Shown: positions 45,063 to 54,909 of the stretch, piece after piece
Layout: every line of letters starts with the position of its first letter
Numbering within the stretch: the first letter of the stretch is position 1
Source of the DNA: an uncultured Candidatus Saccharibacteria bacterium
GTDB lineage: Bacteria; Patescibacteriota; Minisyncoccia; Phycocordibacterales; UBA1006
Length of the DNA stretch: 64,000 bases
Reading direction: 5' to 3'
NCBI GenBank assembly: GCA_964592365.1
Contig: CAZQDL010000001.1
Coordinates: 79,541 to 143,540, forward strand
Made by a program: the position numbers and the translations under genes
The notes under the pieces: generated by a model
Seen by the model: the letters and a program-made list of their open reading frames with translations, nothing else
Told to the model about the DNA's origin: nothing
Databases searched by the model: none

Positions 45063-47420
45063 GTGTTTATGAACTCAACAGAAGATCAATTACGATCATT
45101 ACAGGAATTTACACGACTTACTAATTATTTATCAGCAGCACAAATATTCTTGCGTGATAATATTTATCTTGAAAATCCACTAACTTTTCAAGATTTAAAA
45201 AGAAACTTACTCGGTCACTGGGGAACTTGCCCAGGTATTAATCTTATCTATGCTCATACCAATCGTTTGATTGTGAAAAATGAGGATAGGGATTTTTTAC
45301 TGGTTGTAGGTCCTGGTCATGGTTTTCCTGCATATCAAGCAGGTATCTTTGTCGATGGGGCGGTTTCTGAAATGAATGAGAACATTCCCTATTCCAAAAA
45401 AGGTTTGGAAGAGTTGGTTAAAAAATTCTCAATTCCTTATGGTTTTCCTTCTCACTTAAACCCTGAAGCACCGGGAGTAATTTTAGAAGGTGGAGAACTT
45501 GGATATTCACTTTCTGTTTCTGCAGGATCAGTACTTGATAATCCGAAGTTAATAACTGTCTGTATCGTGGGTGATGGTGAAGCAGAAACAGGAACCCTTG
45601 CTTCTTCTTGGCATATTAATAAATTTATCTCACCACTTACTGACGGAGCTGTATTACCAGTACTTCATCTCAATGGTTACAAAATATCAGGGCCTACCAT
45701 ATTTGGAAGAATGTCTAATGAAGATCTCTACAGTCATTTTAGTTCTTTGGGGTATGAACCACTATTTATCGAAGCAGATGCTTTTCCTGATATGCATAGT
45801 CATGCATTACCAGCTTTTGATATGGCCTATGAAATGATTGTTTCTATTCAAGAAAATTATAGAAAGGAAATAGATACAGCCTTTCCTCGATGGCCACTTA
45901 TCATTTTAAAAACTCCAAAGGGGCTTACTGCACCAACTGATGTATCAGGAAAGAGAATCGTAGGAAATCATTTCTCACATCAGGTAGTGTTTGATGATTT
46001 GCAAACTAATGAAAGTAATCTTTCTTTGTTAGAAGGATGGTTATCTTCATATCAACTTCATGAACTCATTAGCTTCAATGAAGATGGGGGAATAGTATTA
46101 AGTGATTCAATTCAAAAACTTATTCCAAGAAAAGAACGTTCGTTAGGTTGTTCTCCTTATGCTCATGGGAAATTTACCAAAGAAGCAAAAGTACCATCTT
46201 TTGATGAGGTATATACCGATCAAGAACCTGTGTTTGAGCATGGAGATAATGCTATGAAAGAAACAGGGAAGTATATGAAATCACTTATCGAACTCGGAAA
46301 TGATTTCAGACTTTTCTCCCCTGACGAAACGTATTCAAATCGTTTAGAAGATATTTTTGGAGCAACAAAACGAGTATGGCTTCTTCCTCAAAAAGATTTT
46401 GATATGGATATGGCAAAATCTGGTCGGGTGATAGAAATGCTATCTGAAAATGTTCTGTTTGGAATGATGTGGGGATATTCGTTAACAGGAAGACGTGGTT
46501 ACTTTGTTAGTTACGAGGCCTTTGCTCAAATTATTAGTTCAATGGCAAATCAATACGTAAAGTTCATTAAAATTGCTCGTAACGTACCTTTCAGAGAACA
46601 TGTCCCTTCAGTAAATATTATCCTTTCTTCATTATTGGAACGACAAGATCATAATGGATTTTCACATCAAAGCCCCTCACTTATTTCTTCCCATACAGAT
46701 TATGATTTAGATATTAGACATATCTATTTCCCAGCAGATAAGAATCTTATGAAATGTGCTATGGAAAAAACAATGACTTCGTATAATAAATTGAATGTTA
46801 TTGTTTGCGGGAAAAAGATGACGAGAACATGGTTAACAAAGGAAGAAACAATACAACAAGCAGATGATGGAATTATGATATGGAATAGTTACTCTGATGA
46901 AAATCCAGATGTAGTTGTGGTAACTGCTGGTGACTATGTTACCGAAGAAGCCATTGCAGGAATGAAAATTATCAAAGAAAAAATTCCAGAAGTTAAGGTA
47001 AGATTTATCAATCTCTTTGATCTCAATGTACTTTCAGAAACTGACGAACGTTTTAGTACCCAGGAATTGATTGAAAAATTTTTTACTGCAGATAAAGGGA
47101 TTGTATTTAATTTCCATGGATATCCTTCTACCATTAAAAAATTGTTATTCAATTATGGAATTTCAGAAAGAATAATTATTAACGGATATAAAGAAGAGGG
47201 CTCAACAACTTCACCGTTTGATATGAAGGCGCGAAATAATCTATCTCGATTCCATTTACTTGCAGATGTTTCTACCCTTGCTTGTAAGTTTGGTGATGTA
47301 TCTCAAAATACATGTAACCTTATGGTGGATTACGCAGAAGAACTATTAGGTTGGGAAAAACGATGTATTGTTGAAAATGCAGTTGATCCAGATTCAATTC
47401 AACAGTGGGATAAAGCATAA
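45063..47420 (+). CDS. xfp: Xylulose-5-phosphate/fructose-6-phosphate phosphoketolase
   Basis: LLGHWGTCPGINLIYAH signature. About 785 aa, with TPP-enzyme-like regions. Confidence 0.85.
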   Translation: MFMNSTEDQLRSLQEFTRLTNYLSAAQIFLRDNIYLENPLTFQDLKRNLLGHWGTCPGINLIYAHTNRLIVKNEDRDFLLVVGPGHGFPAYQAGIFVDGAVSEMNENIPYSKKGLEELVKKFSIPYGFPSHLNPEAPGVILEGGELGYSLSVSAGSVLDNPKLITVCIVGDGEAETGTLASSWHINKFISPLTDGAVLPVLHLNGYKISGPTIFGRMSNEDLYSHFSSLGYEPLFIEADAFPDMHSHALPAFDMAYEMIVSIQENYRKEIDTAFPRWPLIILKTPKGLTAPTDVSGKRIVGNHFSHQVVFDDLQTNESNLSLLEGWLSSYQLHELISFNEDGGIVLSDSIQKLIPRKERSLGCSPYAHGKFTKEAKVPSFDEVYTDQEPVFEHGDNAMKETGKYMKSLIELGNDFRLFSPDETYSNRLEDIFGATKRVWLLPQKDFDMDMAKSGRVIEMLSENVLFGMMWGYSLTGRRGYFVSYEAFAQIISSMANQYVKFIKIARNVPFREHVPSVNIILSSLLERQDHNGFSHQSPSLISSHTDYDLDIRHIYFPADKNLMKCAMEKTMTSYNKLNVIVCGKKMTRTWLTKEETIQQADDGIMIWNSYSDENPDVVVVTAGDYVTEEAIAGMKIIKEKIPEVKVRFINLFDLNVLSETDERFSTQELIEKFFTADKGIVFNFHGYPSTIKKLLFNYGISERIIINGYKEEGSTTSPFDMKARNNLSRFHLLADVSTLACKFGDVSQNTCNLMVDYAEELLGWEKRCIVENAVDPDSIQQWDKA

Positions 47421-47440
47421 TCACCGAAAGGTGATTTTTG
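47419..47440 (+). terminator. Terminator (AATCACC-GAAA-GGTGATTTTTG)
   Basis: Read directly. Confidence 0.55.
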
Positions 47441-47458
47441 TTATATACTAAAGAACGT

Positions 47459-48475
47459 ATGAATACCCTTGTAATCAATCCAGGATCAACTGGAATTAAA
47501 TACAAAATCTTTGATGCAAATGCTCAGGTTTTGGACGCAAAAAAGATAAGTCTTGTCACTTTAAATCAAGAACATCCCTTTGATCAGTATTCAGAGACTA
47601 TTAGCAAAATTGTTGTGAGAGTTGTTCATGGTGGAAACCTTAGCTCCCCTCAACTTCTTAGTGATGAAAATGAAAAGATCGTAACTGAGTTTTTAGATTT
47701 TGCCCCTATACACAATAAATTATCTCTTGAGGTGATTAATTTCTTGAAAAAAGAATTTACCAATATTCCTATTTATCTATATTTTGATACTTCATTTCAT
47801 ACTAATATCCCACTTCATATAAGAAGCTACGCTATTCCAAAAGAGTTAGCCTTGAAACATAAACTATACCGCTATGGCTTCCATGGAATTGCAATTGAAT
47901 CAGCTTTATCTCAAGTACAAGAAGATAATGATAGTTTACCTGAACATATTATCTGTGTTCACTTAGGAGGGGGTTCATCGGTAACAGGGGTTTTAGAAGG
48001 AAAATCTATATATACCAGTATGGGTTTAACACCTCTTTCAGGGTTGATGATGGTAACTCGCTCAGGAGATGTTGATCCTGATATGCCACGCATCATATCG
48101 CAAAAAGAAAACCTTGACATGCAATCAGTTTCAGAATTACTAAATTACAAAAGTGGATTTCTTGGCCTAACAGGAAGTACTGATACACTTGAAATATTTT
48201 CTGAAGCACAGGAGGGTAACAGTGAAGCAAAACTTTCATTTGATATGTATGTATCAGCAATAGTGCGAGAAATATTTTCAGCTTATGCTGAGCTCCAAAA
48301 AGTCGATGCTATTACCTTCTCGGGTGGTATTGGGTATGGAAATGAATATTTAAGATCATCAGTGATGCAAAAAATTTCACCACTTAATATACCTTCAGAT
48401 AATATATTTGTGGTTGATGTAGATGAAGAGCTACTCATGTATGAAAAGGTACAAAACTATGAAAAAGAGCGTTAG
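47459..48475 (+). CDS. ackA: Acetate kinase
   Basis: N-terminus LVINPGSTGIKYKIF. Motifs VVHGG and HLGGGSSV. The ATG at 47459 lies 9 nt downstream of TATACT; the TTG at 47438 in the ORF track is an artefact. Confidence 0.75.
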   Translation: MNTLVINPGSTGIKYKIFDANAQVLDAKKISLVTLNQEHPFDQYSETISKIVVRVVHGGNLSSPQLLSDENEKIVTEFLDFAPIHNKLSLEVINFLKKEFTNIPIYLYFDTSFHTNIPLHIRSYAIPKELALKHKLYRYGFHGIAIESALSQVQEDNDSLPEHIICVHLGGGSSVTGVLEGKSIYTSMGLTPLSGLMMVTRSGDVDPDMPRIISQKENLDMQSVSELLNYKSGFLGLTGSTDTLEIFSEAQEGNSEAKLSFDMYVSAIVREIFSAYAELQKVDAITFSGGIGYGNEYLRSSVMQKISPLNIPSDNIFVVDVDEELLMYEKVQNYEKER

Positions 48476-48486
48476 CTCTTTTTATA

Positions 48487-48858
48487 TTGCAGGGATATAA
48501 TATGGGTATGGCAGGAATATATGGAAAAAGAATACTCTTTATTTTTTTCAGTACTATTCTGCTTGGTAATTTTTTCTCCACCTTTTCTATCTATACATCA
48601 GTTAATGATGAAGCTTGTACCATTAAAAAAGCACACACTAATCCTTGTTCCTTTGTTCAGGTAGAAGGAGTACTCTATGAAATTCCAGAGGAAATTGATG
48701 CATCCTTCGATAGCTATCACATACCTACTATTCATACAGCGTACGTACCTATTACCCAACTTGTTATACAACCCTTCTTTCTTGATGAAGCTTATGTTCC
48801 ATATAAAACAAGGCCTCCATCTGAAACTGAATTAGCACGAAGTCATTTATTATCATAG
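48487..48858 (+). CDS. Hypothetical protein with an N-terminal TM helix (123 aa)
   Basis: ORF only. Confidence 0.35.
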   Translation: MQGYNMGMAGIYGKRILFIFFSTILLGNFFSTFSIYTSVNDEACTIKKAHTNPCSFVQVEGVLYEIPEEIDASFDSYHIPTIHTAYVPITQLVIQPFFLDEAYVPYKTRPPSETELARSHLLS

Positions 48859-48897
48859 GAAATATCAATTGTTATTAACCTATTAATTAATGAATAT

Positions 48898-49272
48898 ATG
48901 TATTTATCAAACGAACAAAAAAACTTTATCCTTTCTTGTGATGCAAAAGCACTAGGTACCTACGGTGATGAAATCAACGTTGTTCCTGTATCATCAATTT
49001 TTATACGAGAAGAAAACATCGTACTGTGTGACTATTTTATGAACAAAACAGCTAAAAATATTTTGGATAATCCAAATGTGAGTATCAGTTGTTGGTCAGG
49101 AATATCAGGTATTCAGATAAAGGGGGAAGCAAGTTATCATGAATCCGGTTTTCTCTTTCAGGAAATACAAGAGGAAATAAAAACAATGCATCCAAACAGG
49201 ATACTAAAAGGAATTATTATTATCTCCCCTCAGATTATTTACGACACTTCTTTGAACCCAGCACTTATTTAA
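48898..49272 (+). CDS. Hypothetical protein, possibly a PNPOx-like FMN-binding split-barrel fold
   Basis: Weak resemblance only. Confidence 0.3.
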   Translation: MYLSNEQKNFILSCDAKALGTYGDEINVVPVSSIFIREENIVLCDYFMNKTAKNILDNPNVSISCWSGISGIQIKGEASYHESGFLFQEIQEEIKTMHPNRILKGIIIISPQIIYDTSLNPALI

Positions 49273-49275
49273 ACT

Positions 49276-50259
49276 ATGAAAACAATACTTACCTTACTTC
49301 TTGGAATAATTACACTTCTTCCTAAAAATGCACTAGCCCATGTTCGATATCTTTCAAGTGAATTAGAACAACGTAACTATGGACAATCAAACTTTGATAT
49401 CTTTTTTGCACCACTTCAGGATCCTAAATATGTGGTTATGATCTTAGCAACAATATTTATTATCATCCTTGTATATTGGTACTGTGATCATAATAGGTAT
49501 ATCCATAAGTGGACAGACCATATGACAAAGATAGGGGAATCATACAAACAGTTCATCCCTTGGATTACCAGATTGTCATTGGGTATTCTTCTTATCAGTG
49601 GTGCAACCAATGCATTCCTTATTTCTCCAGTAGTTGAAAATGGATCGACGTTCATTTCATTGGTTCAGCTTGTCACTGGATTCTTCTTAATGGCTGGCTT
49701 CCTTACCGGAATATCAGCAGTTGTAGCTTTATTCTTGTTCACCTATGCACTTTTCCAAGATCCATACCTTATCGGATCATTTGATATTCTTGCCCTTATC
49801 TTATCCCTCTTCGCTTTAGATAGTAGAAGACCAGGAGTTGATGATATTCTTGATATACCAGATTGGTTACATGAAAAAAAGATACGAGAATATCTCCCTA
49901 CGATTTTAAGGGTTGGAGTAGGTATAGGAATGAGTTATCTTGCCTTTGTTGAAAAAATCCTTACCCCAGAATTAGCATCACTCGTTGTTGAACGATCAGG
50001 ACTTATTGAAGTTATTCCAGTTTCTTCTGGTATGTGGACTTTCTCAGCAGGAATTATTGAACTTCTTGTTGGGTTAATGTTGATTGTCGGTTGGAAAACA
50101 AGAATTGCATCAGTTGCAGCTTTAGTTATCCTTTCACTATCCTTCTTCTATTTTGGTGAAGATGTAAGTTCCCATGTAACTCTCTTTGGAATTCTTTCCG
50201 CTGTATTTATTCTGGGAGTTGGAAAGTTAGGTATTGATGCTCCTCATACGGTGAAGTAA
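49276..50259 (+). CDS. Polytopic membrane protein (DoxX-like?)
   Basis: Signal peptide plus about 7 TM helices. Confidence 0.4.
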   Translation: MKTILTLLLGIITLLPKNALAHVRYLSSELEQRNYGQSNFDIFFAPLQDPKYVVMILATIFIIILVYWYCDHNRYIHKWTDHMTKIGESYKQFIPWITRLSLGILLISGATNAFLISPVVENGSTFISLVQLVTGFFLMAGFLTGISAVVALFLFTYALFQDPYLIGSFDILALILSLFALDSRRPGVDDILDIPDWLHEKKIREYLPTILRVGVGIGMSYLAFVEKILTPELASLVVERSGLIEVIPVSSGMWTFSAGIIELLVGLMLIVGWKTRIASVAALVILSLSFFYFGEDVSSHVTLFGILSAVFILGVGKLGIDAPHTVK

Positions 50260-50312
50260 AAAGCGATGCTAAAAGCATGGCTTTTTATATAGGGTAATGA
50301 AGACATATCTTG

Positions 50313-50318
50313 TATAAT
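50313..50318 (+). promoter_or_regulatory. -10 box TATAAT (preceded by TG), 6 nt upstream of the ATG at 50325
   Basis: The TTG start at 50310 in the ORF track falls inside this box. Confidence 0.5.
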
Positions 50319-50324
50319 TTAAGT

Positions 50325-50663
50325 ATGAAATCATTTGATGAATTACGAGATCAGATTAAAGAATTTTGTGACAACAGAGATTGGGCTTCGTTCCACGACC
50401 CTAAAAATCTAGCACTATCATTGCAGCTGGAATCTTCAGAAGTACTTGAATTATTCCAATGGACAAAAGATAACGAAATTAATCCTGAAAAATTAAGTGA
50501 ACTTCCTTCAGAACTAGCTGATGTCTTTTATTGGCTTATTCTTCTTTCAGAGAAATATAACATTAATCTTTTTGAGGCACTTGAGGAAAAGATGAAGCAA
50601 AATGAATTAAAATACCCAATTGAAAAATCAAAAGGGGTAAGTACCAAGTACACTGATTTATAG
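50325..50663 (+). CDS. MazG-like nucleotide pyrophosphohydrolase (small YpjD-type)
   Basis: ELRDQIKEFCDNRDW…HDPKNLALSLQLESSEVLELFQW…ELADVFYWLILLSEKYNINL matches the all-alpha NTP-PPase pattern. Confidence 0.65.
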   Translation: MKSFDELRDQIKEFCDNRDWASFHDPKNLALSLQLESSEVLELFQWTKDNEINPEKLSELPSELADVFYWLILLSEKYNINLFEALEEKMKQNELKYPIEKSKGVSTKYTDL

Positions 50664-50664
50664 T

Positions 50665-52230
50665 ATGTCTCATATAAAAAAATTTAAATTTGATAAGCAA
50701 TATTTTAACGAAATTAGATCTTATCGTTTTGGAAAGAATTGGCCGGTTGTATATTTGTTATCAAATAAAAAAGAATTATATGTCGGAGAAACAATTAATG
50801 CTTTTTTGAGAAGTAAACAACACTATGAGAGAGAAGAACGGGCTAAATTAGATGATATACATATCATAACTGATGAGGAATATAACAAATCAGCTGCACG
50901 TGATATTGAATCATTGCTTATTCAAAATTTTGTAGCAGATGGAAAATATCTTATTCAAAATGGTAATGCAGGTTTACAAAATCACAATTACTATGAACGT
51001 GAAAAATACCTTGCAAAGTTTGAGGTAATTTGGGAGGAATTACGGAAGCTTGATATGGCTCATAAGAGCTTACATGAGATAAAGAATTCAGACCTTTTTA
51101 AATATTCACCATACAAATCACTTACCGATGATCAAATGTCTGTTGTGAATAATATTTTTCATGATTTGGTTCATGAGAATTCAGATACCTATATCGTTCA
51201 CGGTAGACCAGGAACAGGAAAAACTATTGTTGCTGTTTATCTCATGAAATTTCTTAAGGAACATAAGAAAACAAAAAATCTATCTATAGCACTTGTTGTT
51301 CCTATGACAGGACTACGAAAAACCTTAAAAAAAGTTTTTAGAAATGTAGCTGGATTATCATCCTCAATGATTATCGGTCCAAGTGATGTAATAAGAAATA
51401 AATATGATGTCTTGTTGGTAGATGAAGCACATAGATTAAAGAAAAGAAAAAATATCACGAATTTTCAATCGTTTGATCTAACGAATAAATATTTTAATTT
51501 AGGGAATGACGGTACTGAACTTGATTGGATTATGAGATCTTCGTCACATCAAATATTTTTCTATGATGAATTTCAAAGTATCAGACCTTCAGATATTGGG
51601 CACCAAGCTTTTAAAGAACTATCAGCAAAGAATATTGAATTAAATTCTCAAATGAGAGTTCAAGCTGATGGTGATTATATTCAGTTCATTGAAGATCTCT
51701 TTGATCCTGAATCTAAAAGGCAACATCACTTTAATGAATATGAAATACGAATGTTTGATGATATTTCAGAAATGTATCAAACCATTAAAGAAAAAGATAA
51801 AGAACATGGACTTTCACGAATGGTTGCGGGGTATGCATGGCCGTGGAAAACCAAGAAAGATAGGAATGCATATGATATTGAAATAGATGGCCTTAATATG
51901 CGATGGAATAGTACAACAGGGGATTGGGTCAATTCAGCAAATGCACTTAATGAAATTGGATGTATTCACACTGTTCAAGGATATGACCTTAATTATGTGG
52001 GGGTAATAATTGGATCAGAAATTTCATTTGATGAAGAACAACGAAAGATAGTTGTTGATAAGAGTAAATATTTTGATGCAAATGGAAAACGTTCAATTGA
52101 GAATAAAGAAGAGTTGCAAAGATATATCATTAATATTTATAAAACTTTGTTAACTCGTGGAATTAGAGGAACATACATCTATGTTATCGATGAGAAATTA
52201 AAAAAGTTTTTTAGGGAAACATTAAAATAA
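50665..52230 (+). CDS. GIY-YIG nuclease domain fused to a DUF2075-type P-loop ATPase
   Basis: N-terminus VVYLLSNKKELYVGETINAFLRSKQH (GIY-YIG). Walker A HGRPGTGKT, Walker B LLVDEAHRL. About 520 aa. Only a 1 nt gap after the MazG-like gene. Confidence 0.6.
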   Translation: MSHIKKFKFDKQYFNEIRSYRFGKNWPVVYLLSNKKELYVGETINAFLRSKQHYEREERAKLDDIHIITDEEYNKSAARDIESLLIQNFVADGKYLIQNGNAGLQNHNYYEREKYLAKFEVIWEELRKLDMAHKSLHEIKNSDLFKYSPYKSLTDDQMSVVNNIFHDLVHENSDTYIVHGRPGTGKTIVAVYLMKFLKEHKKTKNLSIALVVPMTGLRKTLKKVFRNVAGLSSSMIIGPSDVIRNKYDVLLVDEAHRLKKRKNITNFQSFDLTNKYFNLGNDGTELDWIMRSSSHQIFFYDEFQSIRPSDIGHQAFKELSAKNIELNSQMRVQADGDYIQFIEDLFDPESKRQHHFNEYEIRMFDDISEMYQTIKEKDKEHGLSRMVAGYAWPWKTKKDRNAYDIEIDGLNMRWNSTTGDWVNSANALNEIGCIHTVQGYDLNYVGVIIGSEISFDEEQRKIVVDKSKYFDANGKRSIENKEELQRYIINIYKTLLTRGIRGTYIYVIDEKLKKFFRETLK

Positions 52231-52257
52231 ACCTCAAAGCGAAAGCCTTGAGGTTTA
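52229..52257. terminator. Bidirectional terminator (AACCTCAA-N10-TTGAGGTT)
   Basis: Lies between convergent genes. Confidence 0.55.
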
Positions 52258-52845
52258 TTTTTTCTTCTTAACAGAACTAAGAAGGGATACAGATATTGAT
52301 ATGATAACAATAGCAACAACAACAAGTATCAAGTTGTCACCAAATAGTGATGATAGATAGTTTCCACCCCAGATTCCACCAATAGCCCAGAGGTATGAAG
52401 CAATAATAGTATATGATAAATATTTTAATGTATTCATTTTTCGAGCTCCTGCGAATAGGGAAGGAGTTGATCTAATTACTGGAAGTAATTTTCCTAAAAT
52501 GATAACGAGAGCCGCATGCCTATCAAAAAGATCCCACTTCTTAGCATGTTTTTCATGATAAACCATATCGTGTACCCATTTAATGTGAAGCATTTTTTTT
52601 CCAAAGAAGAATCCTACAAAGTCACCAATGGTACTTCCAATCGCTATGATATGTATAGCAAGCCAAGGATTGATAACACCTTCTTTAGATAGACCACCAA
52701 TAAGGATAGCAATAGTTCCCCCAGGAAGAAACGAACCAATGATTGGTAAACCTTCTCCAAAAGCTAGAAGGAAAATCATAATGTTTCTCCATATAGGAGA
52801 AACAGAGAGAAATATTTCGATGATACTATTATTTAGAGATTCCAT
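52255..52845 (-). CDS. DedA/SNARE-associated family membrane protein
   Basis: LLAFGEGLPIIGSFLPGGTIAILIGGL matches the DedA signature. Confidence 0.7.
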   Translation of the reverse strand: MESLNNSIIEIFLSVSPIWRNIMIFLLAFGEGLPIIGSFLPGGTIAILIGGLSKEGVINPWLAIHIIAIGSTIGDFVGFFFGKKMLHIKWVHDMVYHEKHAKKWDLFDRHAALVIILGKLLPVIRSTPSLFAGARKMNTLKYLSYTIIASYLWAIGGIWGGNYLSSLFGDNLILVVVAIVIISISVSLLSSVKKKK

Positions 52846-52913
52846 AGATACATCCAGAATATACTAGCTATGACTATTTGTATACTTATTTACTTTTTAG
52901 CTATACTAGGGAT

Positions 52914-53759
52914 ATGAAATTACTCAAAAATATAATTCTTTATGGTTCTCTTGTAGCTTCACTACTTCTGTACTATCACGTTGATAGCAAAAAACCATGT
53001 AACAGTGTAATAACCTATGACATAGGTCAATTTGATGAAGAGTATGGTATGACAAGGGATAGTTTCCTTACCTACATTGCACTAGCTGAAATACCTTGGG
53101 AAGAAGTAGCCCAAAAACAACTCTTTCGGTATGAAGAAGGTGCTGATTTTAAGGTTAATCTGATTTTCTCTGACAAACAAGAAAAAATTCAAAAAGGTAA
53201 TGAATTAGAGAATAGATTAGATGAAAAGGAACGATCATTAAGTTCAACAAAACAACAGTATGAAGATGCTGTAGAAAAATATGAGCGTGATAAATCAAAC
53301 TATGAAAGAAAACTAGCACGATATCAAAAAGAGGTTGATCGTTGGAATCAGCAAGGGGGTGCGCCTTCTTCTGTATTTAACCAACTTGAGAAAGACTTTG
53401 AAGAACTTCAAAAAGAGGCTGAATCTTTAAATAGTAGTATTACGAGAATTAATGATTTAGCAAGACAGAGTAATAGTAAGGTATTGGAATTCAATCAAAA
53501 TGCTGATGAGTATAATAATCTTTTTGATGGTACTGCGTTTGATGCTGGAAACACTGATGGAACTGAAATAAATGTATATAGTTTTTCTAATACTAAAGAA
53601 CTTGTTACCCTCCTTACCCATGAATTTGGTCATGTTCTTGGTATTGATCATATTGAAGATGAAGCATCAGTTATGCACTATCTTTTACATGATGAAAATG
53701 TTTCAGGTGAGTTGAGTTCTTTTGATAAAGAAGCGTTAATGACAAGTTGCCGTATATGA
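52914..53759 (+). CDS. Membrane-anchored zinc metalloprotease (matrixin-like HEXXHXXGXXH) with a coiled-coil linker
   Basis: HEFGHVLGIDH. N-terminal TM helix. Start trimmed to the ATG 6 nt downstream of TATACT. Confidence 0.65.
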   Translation: MKLLKNIILYGSLVASLLLYYHVDSKKPCNSVITYDIGQFDEEYGMTRDSFLTYIALAEIPWEEVAQKQLFRYEEGADFKVNLIFSDKQEKIQKGNELENRLDEKERSLSSTKQQYEDAVEKYERDKSNYERKLARYQKEVDRWNQQGGAPSSVFNQLEKDFEELQKEAESLNSSITRINDLARQSNSKVLEFNQNADEYNNLFDGTAFDAGNTDGTEINVYSFSNTKELVTLLTHEFGHVLGIDHIEDEASVMHYLLHDENVSGELSSFDKEALMTSCRI

Positions 53760-54886
53760 CCTCTATCTATGAACACCTTCTTACTCGACCAACATATTTA
53801 GAAATAGATTTAGGTGCTATTTCTCAAAATCTGAAAACGATAAGAAAATATATTGGAGATACTAAAATACTTTGCATTGTAAAAGGAAATGCATATGGTC
53901 ATGGAAGTATTGAGATTTCCCGAATCTTAGAAAGGGAACACGTAGATTATCTTGGAGTAGCAATCCCAGAGGAAGGAGTTGAATTAAGGAAAGCTGGTAT
54001 AACTACACCTATACTTGTACTTTCAGGGATTGTTGATCAGCAAATACCAGTATGTTTGGAATACAATTTAAGTATTACGATTCCTTCAGATATGAAACTG
54101 AAACGAGTAATCAACTATGCAGAATCTGTTGGAAAAAAAGCTCGCATTCATCTAAAAGTTGATACAGGAATGTCACGTATTGGAGTCAATTATACGCGAA
54201 TAGAAAAATTCTTTCCTTTTCTTGATTCAGAATATATTCATCTTGAAGGTCTGTATTCACACTTCGCATGTTCTGATGAAGATCATGAAATGAATATGTT
54301 ACAAATTGAACGTTTTCATGAAGTGATTAATCAGTTTAAAAAACACGGACATAGTTTTGATATCATTCATATGGCAAACTCAGGTGGAATTCTATTTCAT
54401 CCTTCATCTCATTTTGATATGGTTCGATTGGGAATGTCCTTGTATGGTTTATTTGAAGGAAAAGAATTGCCAAAGGAGATACATCTTATCCCGGCTATGA
54501 GTTGGAAAACAGAAGTAGTTTACTTCAAATATGTGGAACAAGGAGTAGGCATTGGTTATGGTCAAAAAGCTGTTACCGACAAACCAACAAGGATAGTTAC
54601 CTTACCAGTTGGATATGCAGATGGGTATCAACGTGCCATGGGTGAACAAGGAAAGGTACTTATTCACGGAAAGAAATATCCTATAATAGGGAAGGTTTGT
54701 ATGGATCAAATGATGGTTGATATTGGAATAACTGGTGAAGCATATCAGGGTGATGAAGTAGTACTTCTTGGAAATTCAGGTTATGAATGTATTAGTTTCT
54801 ATGATATTGCTAGATGGAGTAATACGAGTATCTATGAATTAATGTGTCAGATAAGTTACAGGGTTCCAAGAAAATATAAAGAATAA
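53747..54886 (+). CDS. alr: Alanine racemase
   Basis: PLP-lysine motif VKGNAYGHG. Size about 380 aa, plus the C-terminal beta domain. Confidence 0.85.
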   Translation: MPYMTSIYEHLLTRPTYLEIDLGAISQNLKTIRKYIGDTKILCIVKGNAYGHGSIEISRILEREHVDYLGVAIPEEGVELRKAGITTPILVLSGIVDQQIPVCLEYNLSITIPSDMKLKRVINYAESVGKKARIHLKVDTGMSRIGVNYTRIEKFFPFLDSEYIHLEGLYSHFACSDEDHEMNMLQIERFHEVINQFKKHGHSFDIIHMANSGGILFHPSSHFDMVRLGMSLYGLFEGKELPKEIHLIPAMSWKTEVVYFKYVEQGVGIGYGQKAVTDKPTRIVTLPVGYADGYQRAMGEQGKVLIHGKKYPIIGKVCMDQMMVDIGITGEAYQGDEVVLLGNSGYECISFYDIARWSNTSIYELMCQISYRVPRKYKE

Positions 54887-54909
54887 AACACCTGTATCCA
54901 GGTGTTTTA
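54885..54909. terminator. Bidirectional terminator (AAACACCTG-TATC-CAGGTGTTTT)
   Basis: Read directly. Confidence 0.6.
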
